Assembly: GCA_963830965.1 (NCBI GenBank)
Contig: CAWHOL010000021.1
Coordinates: forward strand, 88,120 to 152,119
Origin: an uncultured Verrucomicrobiae bacterium
GTDB taxonomy: Bacteria > Verrucomicrobiota > Verrucomicrobiia > Opitutales > Opitutaceae
Length of the DNA: 64,000 nt
Direction of reading: 5' to 3'
Both the position numbers and the translations under genes were made by a program. Numbering within the stretch: position 1 is the stretch's first letter; each line of letters starts with the position of its first letter. Below the pieces are notes generated by a model, which worked only from the letters and a program-made list of their open reading frames with translations, searched no databases and was not told the origin of the DNA. Of the stretch, positions 16,858 to 25,977 are shown in pieces.

Positions 16858-17826
16858 ATGGCGGGGACATCGAACGAACCGGGGGGCCTCGCCCTCTACC
16901 GCGGCCTGCGCGCCCACCTGGGGGGCGCGGTCCTCGGCCAGGAGGAGGCCGTCTCCGGGCTCGCCGACGCCCTGCTCGCGGGAGAGATGGGCCATACGCC
17001 GCCCGGGAGGCCGAGAAGCCTGGTCCTTGTCCTCGGGCCGACGGGAACCGGCAAGACGAAGGCCGTCACGGCGGCGAGCCGCTACCTTTACGGCACCGAG
17101 GCGACCGCGCGGATAAACGCGGCCGAGTTCTCCTCGGAGGCGCGGGTCCCGCTCCTTCTGGGGACGCCGGGCGAGCCCGGCCTCCTCGGCAGGCGGATCG
17201 GGGAACTCAGGCGGGCCGGCGGGCGAATCCTCCTCCTCGACGAGATCGAGAAGGCCCACCCGAGCGTTTCCGACTACCTGCTTGGGATCGAGGAGGCCCA
17301 GGTCACGCTCTCGAGCGGCGAGACGCTCGACCTTTCGGACCTCCATATCGTCGCGACCTCCAACATCGGCTCCGCCGGCGTGATCGAGATGGAGGGGGTG
17401 GCCCGGGCCTCGGTCCGGAGGTTTGTCGAGCAGGAGGCAGCGGCCCATTTCAGGCCGGAGGTGCTCGCGCGATTCACGTCGATCCTCGTCTTCGGCCACC
17501 TGACGCGCGACATCCAGCTTGGCATCTGCAGGCAGATGCTAGAGCAGGAGCTCTTGTTCCAGTCGGGGGTGCTTTCGGGCAGGTTTGGCCATCCGCACAG
17601 GGTCCGGGCCGCGGCCGACGTCGGCCGCAGGCTCGTGAGCGAGGGATGGCACCGAAAGCTCGGGGCGCGGCCGATGCGCAATGTCGTCGAGCGCCGCGTC
17701 CGGACGGCCCTCGTGGATTCGCAGCTCCGCGGGGCCCTGGGTCCGGGCGTCCGGGAATCGGTGCTGGTCGTGGACGCAGCCGGGGGCATCCGCGCCGCCG
17801 TGGCGCGGGCCCCAGTCACGCTTTGA
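16858..17826 (+). CDS. Stand-alone AAA+ ATPase of the ClpA/ClpB D2 (AAA_2) type
   Basis: ORF 16858..17826. It has Walker A (GPTGTGKT), Walker B (LLLDEIEKAH), sensor-1 (ATSN) and sensor-2 (GARPMRN), and is colinear with the ClpB D2 large and small subdomains. It has no N-domain, D1 or middle domain. Confidence 0.8.
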   Translation: MAGTSNEPGGLALYRGLRAHLGGAVLGQEEAVSGLADALLAGEMGHTPPGRPRSLVLVLGPTGTGKTKAVTAASRYLYGTEATARINAAEFSSEARVPLLLGTPGEPGLLGRRIGELRRAGGRILLLDEIEKAHPSVSDYLLGIEEAQVTLSSGETLDLSDLHIVATSNIGSAGVIEMEGVARASVRRFVEQEAAAHFRPEVLARFTSILVFGHLTRDIQLGICRQMLEQELLFQSGVLSGRFGHPHRVRAAADVGRRLVSEGWHRKLGARPMRNVVERRVRTALVDSQLRGALGPGVRESVLVVDAAGGIRAAVARAPVTL

Positions 17827-17870
17827 TCGCCGCGGGCGTTCCGTTCCGCCCGCCCGGCCCGAGGAGGGCG

Positions 17871-20800
17871 TCAGCTCCGGTCCGGGTAGGGCGGGGGGGG
17901 CGGGACCGACTGCGCGTGCGTCTTCAGCTCGAGGAGGATCTCCTCGATGCCCCGGTCGAGCTGCTGGTCGACGCCCGAGAATTCCTTCGCGGGGTCGTTG
18001 TCCACGACGATGTCGGGATCCACGCCGTGCCCCTCGACGGGCCATTCCTTGCCGTCCTTCGAATAGGGAGCGAATTCCGGCTTGTTGAGGAAGCCCCCGT
18101 CGACGATCGGCAGGGTCTCCCTGATCCCGACGACGCCGCCCCAGCTGCGCTTGCCGATCAGCTTGCCGAGGCCGTCCGACTTGAAGCGGAAGGGGAAGAT
18201 GTCGCCGTCCGAGGCCGAGAACTCGTCCATCAGGACGACCTTCGGCCCGAGCTGCATGTCCGCGGGGTTCGTCTGCGGGGTCGCGTTCCTCGCCTTCTCA
18301 AACATCACGAGCTCGCGAGAGAGCCGTTCGATCACCATCGGCGAGACGAAGCCGCCCCCGTTGCCGCGGTCGTCGATGATGAGCGCCTTCTTGTGGAGCT
18401 GCGGGTAGAAGTGCTTCGCGAACTCGTCGAGGCCCCCGAATCCCATGTCGGGTATGTGGATGTAGCCGACCTGCCCGCCCGTCTTCTCGGTGACGTAGTC
18501 GGTGTTGTGCTGGACCCACGTGCGGTAGTAGAGGGGGGCCTCGTCGGCCGTCGGCACCACCGTGACATTGCGCGCGCCGTCGTCGACCGGCTTCGAGTTG
18601 ACCCGCAGGACGACCTGCTTGCCCGCCTTGCCGATCAGCGCGGAATAGATGTTCGAGAGTCCGCTGACGGGCTTGCCGTCGACAGCGAGGATGTAGTCGC
18701 CCTCGCTCACGTTCACGCCGATCTCGGTGAGCGGGGAGCGCTCGGCCTCGACCCAGTTCTCGCCGCGGAGAATCTTGTCGATCCGGTAGGCGCGGCTCTG
18801 CGGGTCGCGCGAGAGCTGCGCGCCGAGGAGCCCCAGGGGCACCTTCGGCGCCTGGGGGCGGTCGCCGCCGCCGACATAGGTGTGGCCGCTGTGGATCTCC
18901 CCGATCAGCTCCCCGATCAGGTAGGTCAGGTCGTAGCGAGTCTGGGCGTAGGGGACCAGGGCCGCGTACTTTGCGCGCATGGCCGGCCAGTCCACGCCGT
19001 TCATGGTCGGCGAGAAGAAGTAGTCGCGCATCTGGCGCCAGCACTCGTCATAGATCTGCGCCCACTCGGCGTGCCGATCGAGGTTCATCTCGAGGGCGCC
19101 GAACGAGAGCTTGTCCTTCACCTCGAACTTGGCCGTCGGCAGGTCGATGATGGCGAAGTCCTTACCCACGGCGACCAGCATCTTCTTGCCGTCGTGGCTG
19201 ACCTCATAGCCCGCGACCGCGCCGAGCTCGGTCTCCTTCTGGTCCTTCAGGTTGTAGACAAGGAGGGTCTTGTCCGGCGCCCCTCCGCCCTCGTCGTCCC
19301 CGGCCCCGTCCGAATCGCTTCGCAGGTAGTACACGTTGTCGCCGACCCCGGTCAGGGTGTCGTAGTTGGCCGCCTTGATGGGGAGCCCGACCAAGCGGTC
19401 CTTGATGCCGTCCGGGTCCACCTTGACGACAACCGCCTTCGGGGCGCTGTCCTTCTTGGCATCCTTCGCGTCGGCGGCCTTGTCGTCGGCCTTGGGGGCG
19501 GCCGGCGCGATCTGCACCTCGTCGCTCTTCGGCTTGAACGGTGACTCGGTGTCCTTCGCGAGCGTGATCAGGTACACCCGCTCGAGGTCCTTGTAGATGT
19601 GCTCGAGCTCGAAATCGCTCAGCGTCGGCTTGAAGTCGCGGCCGGAGGCGAAGAGCAGGTACTTCCCGTCGTCGCTGAAGCTGGGGCTGCTGGCCTCATA
19701 CCAGCCGTCCGTGGCCGCGAACTTCACGCCGTCCTTGAGCCCGTAGAGCCACACCTTCGTCAGCGATTGGTCCTCCGGCCTAGACCACGTGATCCACTCG
19801 CTGTCGGGGGACCAGGCGTACTGGCGGATCTCGAAGGCCGTCGCCGTGTCGACGAGCGTCACCGCCTTTGTCTCCACGGTGACGTAGCGCAGCCGCTGGA
19901 GCCGGTCGGACCAGAGCAGCTTCTTGCTGTCGGGCGACCAGAGCGGGTTGTAATAGTAGGTGTCGGCACCCTTCGTGAGCTGCTCCGGCGAGCCGGTTCC
20001 GTCCTGGGCCCGGACGTAGAGCTCGTTCTCGCCCGACTCGTCGGAGACGTAGGCGATCCACTTGCCGTCGGGCGACCAGACGGCGTCCCGCTCGTGGACG
20101 CCCGACTTTGTGCTCAGGTTGCGCGTGGCGCCGTCCTTGGCGGGGACCGTGAAGGTGTTTCCCCGGGCGTTCACGACCGCGCGCTTGCCGTCGGGCGACA
20201 GCGAGACATTGGCGACAAAGGCGGCGACGTTGACGATCGCCGAGCGCGAGGTGACGAAATCATCCCTGACCTCGATCGGCAGGCGCTTGGTCGCGCCCGT
20301 CTTGAGGTCGAACGACCAGATGTAGCCGGCCTCCTCGAACACGATGAGCCCTCCGCCGAGCGACGGGAACTTGATGTCAAAGTCCTTGAAGTGGGTGTGC
20401 TGCGCGGTCGCCTTGGTCGCCAGGTCGTAGCTGTAGAGGTTCAGCCTCTTCGCCCCTTCGGAAAGCCGGTCGGAAAGGAAGTAGATCCGGTTGTTCGGCG
20501 CCCACATCGGGATGATGTCCTGGGCGGGGTTGTTCGTGATGTCCTCGATCGCGCCGGTCTTGAAGTCGTAGATCCAGATGTCGTCGGCCATTCCGCCGCG
20601 GTAGTCCTTCCAGGTCCGGAATTCCCGGAAGATGCGGTTGTAGGCCATCTTGGAGTCGTCGGGCGACATCGACAGGAAGCCGCCGCGCGGCACGGGAAGC
20701 ACCTTTGGAAGGTCGCCGTCCGCTCCGACGCAGAAGAGCTGCCCGTTGAACGGGTCGAAGGAGCGCATCCTCGAGCGGAACACGACCTCGGGAGAGGTGT

Positions 20801-21191
20801 TCTTCCAGGCCATCACGATGTTGTTCGGGCCCATGCGGTCCCCGAGGTCGTCGCGCCCCACGGTCGCCGTGTACGTGAGCCTCTTCGGCGTGCCGCCCTC
20901 GGCGGGCATGAGATAAACCTCCGTGTTGCCGTCATACTGGGCCGTGAACGCGAGCTGGCCGCCGTCCGGCGAGAACCGCGGGAAGATGGCGTACCCCGGG
21001 CCGTTCGTCAGACGCCTGGCCAAGCCGCCGTCGACGCCGACCGTGTAGAGCTGGTCGGCATAGGAGAAGACGACCTGTTTCCCGTTGGTGGCGGGAAAGC
21101 GCAGGAGGCGCGTCTCGTCCGCGGGGGTGTCCGAGCGCAGCGGGCTCGCGAGGAGCATGAGCGCCGCGAGGGGGAGGATGAATTTCATCAT
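17871..21191 (-). CDS. Tricorn protease homolog (peptidase S41B, beta-propeller + PDZ + S41 domains)
   Basis: Part of ORF 17871..21251, starting MMKFILPLAALMLLA (signal peptide). The N-terminus has LLRFPATNGKQVVFSYADQLYTV...SPDG repeats. The C-terminus has an S41 region with ...IDDRGNGGG... The length is 1106 aa. Confidence 0.88.
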   Translation of the reverse strand: MMKFILPLAALMLLASPLRSDTPADETRLLRFPATNGKQVVFSYADQLYTVGVDGGLARRLTNGPGYAIFPRFSPDGGQLAFTAQYDGNTEVYLMPAEGGTPKRLTYTATVGRDDLGDRMGPNNIVMAWKNTSPEVVFRSRMRSFDPFNGQLFCVGADGDLPKVLPVPRGGFLSMSPDDSKMAYNRIFREFRTWKDYRGGMADDIWIYDFKTGAIEDITNNPAQDIIPMWAPNNRIYFLSDRLSEGAKRLNLYSYDLATKATAQHTHFKDFDIKFPSLGGGLIVFEEAGYIWSFDLKTGATKRLPIEVRDDFVTSRSAIVNVAAFVANVSLSPDGKRAVVNARGNTFTVPAKDGATRNLSTKSGVHERDAVWSPDGKWIAYVSDESGENELYVRAQDGTGSPEQLTKGADTYYYNPLWSPDSKKLLWSDRLQRLRYVTVETKAVTLVDTATAFEIRQYAWSPDSEWITWSRPEDQSLTKVWLYGLKDGVKFAATDGWYEASSPSFSDDGKYLLFASGRDFKPTLSDFELEHIYKDLERVYLITLAKDTESPFKPKSDEVQIAPAAPKADDKAADAKDAKKDSAPKAVVVKVDPDGIKDRLVGLPIKAANYDTLTGVGDNVYYLRSDSDGAGDDEGGGAPDKTLLVYNLKDQKETELGAVAGYEVSHDGKKMLVAVGKDFAIIDLPTAKFEVKDKLSFGALEMNLDRHAEWAQIYDECWRQMRDYFFSPTMNGVDWPAMRAKYAALVPYAQTRYDLTYLIGELIGEIHSGHTYVGGGDRPQAPKVPLGLLGAQLSRDPQSRAYRIDKILRGENWVEAERSPLTEIGVNVSEGDYILAVDGKPVSGLSNIYSALIGKAGKQVVLRVNSKPVDDGARNVTVVPTADEAPLYYRTWVQHNTDYVTEKTGGQVGYIHIPDMGFGGLDEFAKHFYPQLHKKALIIDDRGNGGGFVSPMVIERLSRELVMFEKARNATPQTNPADMQLGPKVVLMDEFSASDGDIFPFRFKSDGLGKLIGKRSWGGVVGIRETLPIVDGGFLNKPEFAPYSKDGKEWPVEGHGVDPDIVVDNDPAKEFSGVDQQLDRGIEEILLELKTHAQSVPPPPPYPDRS

Positions 21192-21340
21192 GAGAGGATG
21201 TTTGGGTTGATTTGTGGCGCCAAGTTGGCCCAAAAGTGCGGCCAATGCCAATTATTCTGTAGCCCCCCTGCGCGCCGGCCTCCGGCCCGCCTCCGGAGAG
21301 CGAAGTTGCCGCACGGCCCACTTTCTGCGTAAGAGGGGCG

Positions 21341-23641
21341 ATGCAAACTCGTTGGGCCCCGTGGCTGGAAGACCGGGCTTGCGCTGCGTGGAGGGGCTCC
21401 TCGATCCGCCGGTTCTCCGAGCAGTCACCGCGGGCAGCCCTCCTCCTTGCGGCCCTTCTGGCGGCGTCCTTCTCGACGGCATGGCTCCTTCTGCAGGCCC
21501 CGAATTTCCTGTCGGGGTTTGATTTCATGCGCATGCATTTCTTCTACAAGGCGTATTTCAGGGAGGCGGTCGCCGCCGGGCGCCTGCCGCTCTGGAATCC
21601 GTTCGTGGGCCTCGGCCGGCCGTTCATGGCGGACATAGAGACCGCGAGCCTCTACCCCCCGAACCTGCTCGTGCTGCCGTTCGGCGTCTACGGGGGGGTC
21701 GCGCTCATGGTGCTCCTCCACCAGGCGCTCGCGATCTACGGGGGCGTGCGCCTCGGCCAGGTGATCGGGGCCTCCCCGGCCGCGGGGTGGATCGTGGGCG
21801 CAGGGGTCGCGCTCGCCGGCCCGTTCTCCGCGCGCCTTTCGGTCGGCATTGTGGAGGGCTACTTCACGCTCTGCTGGATGCCGGCCCTCCTCTGGCTTGC
21901 CGCGCGGCTGCAGGACGGATGGGACCGGAGGCTCGGCGCGGCGTTCGCCGTGTCGGTCGCCCTGTCGATCCTCGCCGGTCAGCCGCCGCTCCTCTACGTC
22001 GTGATTCTGGGCCTGCTTGTTTTCGTCGCCGCCAGGCAGAGCTGGCCCGGGGACGCGGCCGGCCGCCGCCGGGCGGGGAGAAATCTCCTCGGGCTCGCGG
22101 CCACGGGCCTGCTCGGCGCGGGCCTTGCCGCCATCGAGCTCCTGCCGTTCCTCGAGCTGGTCGGCCAGGGCAACAGGCCCCTCATGGCCCCCGGTTTCGC
22201 GGTCGCAAACGGGATGCCGCCGGCGAGCTGGCTGTCCCTGATCACGCCGGCGTCCGATGCGTTCGCCCCGAATTGGGAGTACGACCTGCACTGCGGCCTG
22301 GTGCCCCTGTTCGCGGCCGCGTGCGGCCTCTGCCTGTGGAGGGACCGCAACGGGCGGGCGCTCCTCGCCATGGGCGGGGTGGGCGCCCTCCTCGCGGCGG
22401 GGGACCGCTCCCCGGTCCTCGGCTGGGTCGTGCACGTGTTTCCGGGCGCCGCGGCGCTCAGGATCCCGTCGCGCTACGGGATCCTGTTTGCGGTTGGGCT
22501 CCTCGGGCTGGGCTCGCTCGCCCTGACGCGCCGGACCAGGCGACCTGCCCTTTTCCTGGCGCCGGTGTTCCTGGCCGGAGCCGGCCTCGTCGTCTGGCTC
22601 AAGCCCTACCTAAGAACGGGACCCGGCCGGGGCGACGGCTTCGTCCTCGCCGACATCGCGGCCCTGGCGGCCGCGGCGCTTCTCGTCGGGCTCTGGCAGG
22701 CCAGGGACCGGCTTCCCCGGGGGTCGCGTGCGGTCGGGTGCCTGCTCTGGGTTTTCTGCGGGGCGAACTGGTTCTGGGCCGTTGCGCTTCAGTCCCCGGT
22801 TTATTCGGCCTACGGCTTCCGGACGGACGAAAAGGCGGTGCACGCCGCGCTCCTGGAGAAGGGGCTCCTGCGTCAGGGCGCCCCTCCGCCGCGGATCGCA
22901 TTCAGCCCGGCCGACCTCTGCGAAAACGCCGGAATGACGGAGGGCTTCAGCACGTACAACAGCTACGTGGCCCCCTCGCTCCGGCGGACGTGGGGCTATG
23001 TGCACGCGGCGGCGGGTGTCCGGGAATCCACAACGGACTTCATCCGCATGCCGGCGGCCCTCGGCGCCGATGCGGAGCGCTGGGGCTCGCTCAACCTGGT
23101 CGCGGTGCTCAGCCACCCATCCCGCGAGCTCGTATTCGAGGCCAGCCCCGACCCACGGGCCTACATCGCGTTTGACATCGAGCGCGTGGCCGACGCGGAG
23201 GAGGCCGAGGCGAGGATGGAGGCGCGCGGCGATTTCCACAGGCGGGCGCTTGTCGAGGCGGCGACGGCGCCGGCCTTCGTCCCCGCGAGCGGCGCCGCCT
23301 CGGGAAGGGCCGAGATTGTCCAGTTTTCACCCGAGCGGGTCGTCGTGCGGGCGAGCGCGTCGTCTCCCGGCATCCTTGTGCTGGCGGAGGCCTGGTATCC
23401 CGGATGGGAGGCCACGGTATCGGGGCGTCCGTCGCGGGTGTTCCCGGTCAACGGATGGATGCGGGCAGTCCTGGTGCCGGCGGGCGAGAGCGAGGTGGTG
23501 CTGCACTACCATTCGCGTTTCCTCGCGGCGGGGGCCGCCGCGAGCGTTGTGAGCGCGCTGGTCCTGGCGGTCCTCTGCGCGGGGGTGGACCTCCCCCAGG
23601 GGCCGCCCCGAAGGAGCCTGAGGGCGCCGTTCGGGCGCTGA
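21341..23641 (+). CDS. YfhO-family polytopic membrane protein (GT-C-like), copy 1
   Basis: ORF 21341..23641, 766 aa. It has a multi-TM N-terminal two-thirds and a soluble C-terminal region ending in a final TM helix. The WNP...G.P...D and ...AWYPGW...V.G... blocks are typical of YfhO proteins. Confidence 0.75.
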   Translation: MQTRWAPWLEDRACAAWRGSSIRRFSEQSPRAALLLAALLAASFSTAWLLLQAPNFLSGFDFMRMHFFYKAYFREAVAAGRLPLWNPFVGLGRPFMADIETASLYPPNLLVLPFGVYGGVALMVLLHQALAIYGGVRLGQVIGASPAAGWIVGAGVALAGPFSARLSVGIVEGYFTLCWMPALLWLAARLQDGWDRRLGAAFAVSVALSILAGQPPLLYVVILGLLVFVAARQSWPGDAAGRRRAGRNLLGLAATGLLGAGLAAIELLPFLELVGQGNRPLMAPGFAVANGMPPASWLSLITPASDAFAPNWEYDLHCGLVPLFAAACGLCLWRDRNGRALLAMGGVGALLAAGDRSPVLGWVVHVFPGAAALRIPSRYGILFAVGLLGLGSLALTRRTRRPALFLAPVFLAGAGLVVWLKPYLRTGPGRGDGFVLADIAALAAAALLVGLWQARDRLPRGSRAVGCLLWVFCGANWFWAVALQSPVYSAYGFRTDEKAVHAALLEKGLLRQGAPPPRIAFSPADLCENAGMTEGFSTYNSYVAPSLRRTWGYVHAAAGVRESTTDFIRMPAALGADAERWGSLNLVAVLSHPSRELVFEASPDPRAYIAFDIERVADAEEAEARMEARGDFHRRALVEAATAPAFVPASGAASGRAEIVQFSPERVVVRASASSPGILVLAEAWYPGWEATVSGRPSRVFPVNGWMRAVLVPAGESEVVLHYHSRFLAAGAAASVVSALVLAVLCAGVDLPQGPPRRSLRAPFGR

Positions 23642-23678
23642 GAGCGAAGTTGCCGCACCCGGCACTTTATGCATCGCT

Positions 23679-25977
23679 ATGCGGATGCTCAATCGCTGGG
23701 GTGCCGCCGCTCGGGTCCGTTCGCCGGCCGCCTGGAGGGACTCCTCGATCCGCCGGTTTTCGGAGGCCTCGCCTGAAGCCGCCCTGGCTCTTGCCGCGCT
23801 CCTCGTCGCGGCCTTCTCAACCTCGTGGTTCCTCCTCCAGTCCCCGAATTTCTTCTCGGGATACGACTTCGTGCGGATGCACGCCTTTTACAAGGCCTTC
23901 TTCAGGGAGTCCCTGCTCGCGGGAAAACTGCCTCTTTGGAATCCGTTCGTCGGGCTTGGCCGCCCGTTCATGGCGGACATCGAGACGGCGACACTCTATC
24001 CGCCGAACCTGCTCGTGCTGCCCTTCGGCGTCTACGGGGGCGTCGCGCTCATGGTGCTCCTCCACCAGGCGCTCGCCGTCTACGGAGGCGTGCGCTTCGG
24101 AAGGGTATTGGGAGCCGGCTGGGCGGCAAGCTGGCTCCTGGGGAGCGGGATCGCGGTGTGCGGTCCGCTTTCGGCCCGCCTCTCGGTCGGGATTGTGGAG
24201 GGGTATTTCGCGCTCTGCTGGGTGCCGGCGCCTGCTCTGGCTTGGCGCCCGCCTGCAGGACGGGTGGGATCCGAAGGCCGGCGCTGCGTTTGCGCTGTCG
24301 GTCGCCCTCTCGATCCTCGCCGGCCAGCCGCCGCTCCTCTACGTCGCCTACCTGGGCCTCGGGGTGTTTCTTGCCTTCAGGCAGCGCTGGCCGGCGGACG
24401 GGCCCGACCGGCGACTCGCCGCGAAGAATCTCCTTGGGCTCCTCTTATCCGGACTCCTTGGTCTGGGACTCGCCGGGGCGGAGCTCCTGCCGTTCCTTGA
24501 GCTGGTCGGCCAGGGCAACCGCCCGCTGAACGCGGCCGGATTCGCCCTGCCGAACGGGATGTCCGCGGCCAACTGGCTGTCCCTTCTGGTCCCGCCTTCG
24601 CCGGCGTTCGACCTGAACTGGGAGTACGATGCCTACTGCGGACTGGTGCCTCTGCTCGCCGCGGCGGGGGGCCTGTCTCTCTGGCGCGAGCGCAACGTGC
24701 GCGCGCTTGCCGCCATGGGGCTCGCGGGGGCGCTCCTTTCGGCGGGCGACCGCGCCCCGTTCCTCGGCTGGGTCCTGCACGTCCTTCCCGGCGCGGGCGC
24801 GCTCCGAATCCCGTCGCGCTACGGCATCTTGACGGGGATTTCGCTTCTGGGATTGGCCTCGATCTCGCTGACGCGGGGGCCGCGGCGTCCGGCCCAGGTT
24901 CTCGTTCCCGCCCTCCTGGCGGGCGCCGTCCTGATGGCATGGCTCAGGCCCTACACGGTCGACGGAACGGGCGTGGCGGCGGGCTACCTTCTCACCCGCC
25001 TCGGGCCGCTGGCGGCCGCGGCTCTCCTCGTGGGCCTCTGGCAGGCCCGCGAGCGCCTGAAGCGTTCGTCTTGGGCCGTGGGCTGCCTTCTCTGGGCCTT
25101 CTGCGCGGGCAATTGGATCTGGGCCATCGCCCTCGAGTCGCCCATCTATTCGGCCCGGGGATTTGAGACGCTCGAGAAGCCCGTCCATGCAGCGCTTGAG
25201 GCGAGGGGCCTCCTCGGCGCGGGTGCCGCACCCCCGCGAATCGCGTTCAGCCCGGCCGACCTCTGCGAGAACGCGGGCATGACCCAGGGATTCAGCACCT
25301 CCAACAGCTACGTGGCCCCCGCGCTATATCGGACCTGGAGCTACGTCCACGCGGCCTCGGGCGCGGCAAGCTCGGCGGTCGACTTCATCAACATGCCGCT
25401 CGAGTCCGGCGGGGCGGCGGTTCGCTGGGACGCGATAAACCTTGCGGCGATCGTGGACCACAACACCCGGACGATCCTCTTCAAGACGCAACCGGACCCC
25501 AGGGCCTACATGGTGTTCGACGTGGAGCGCGTGGCCGATGCAGAGGAAGCCAACCAGAGACTGGCGTCGCGCCGCGGTTTCCGCAGCCGAGCACTCCTTG
25601 AGCGCGGCGTGGCCGAGGGTTTTCAGCCCGCCGCGGGCAGTCCCGGATCCGACGCGGTGATCGACGCGTTTTCGCCGGAGCGGATCTCCGTGAGCACCCG
25701 CGCCGAGGCCGCCGGCATCCTTGTCCTCTCCGAGGCATGGTATCCCGGCTGGACGGCGAGGGTCGATGGCCGGCCGGCCCCGGTGTTCCCGGTCAACGGG
25801 TGGATGCGCGGGACGCTGGTGCCGGCGGGCGCGCACGCGGTAACGCTCGAATTCCACTCGCGCTACCTGGCCGCCGGCGCCGCCTTGAGCCTGCTCTCGG
25901 CCGCGCTCGTCGCCGCGCTGGCGGCGGGACGGCTGGCCCCTGGCGGGCGCCCTCAGGCCGACTCGAGGATCTTGTAG
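23679..25977 (+). CDS. YfhO-family polytopic membrane protein, copy 2 (+1 frame break near 24228 as assembled)
   Basis: ORF 23679..24500 matches copy 1 up to ...VEGYFALCWVPA. The continuation (LLWLGARLQDGWD...) is in the frame of ORF 23404..25977. DNA alignment with copy 1 shows one extra nucleotide (CCGGCGC-CTGCTC versus CCGGCC-CTCCTC). The span is 3n+1. Confidence 0.75.

Noticed and set aside
11668-17826. The ssb-to-AAA+ region as an integrated mobile element (ICE, prophage or genomic island)
   Set aside because: There is no integrase, transposase, relaxase, tRNA target or phage gene, and I could see no obvious compositional shift in the coding parts. Only the two 14-bp direct repeats hint at insertion. 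I therefore report the repeats and the cassette as findings but do not call a mobile element.
17827-17870. Bidirectional terminator hairpin (GCGGGC-N10-GCCCGC) between the convergent AAA+ and tricorn genes
   Set aside because: The stem is only 6 bp and has no flanking T/A tracts. This is insufficient evidence to annotate.
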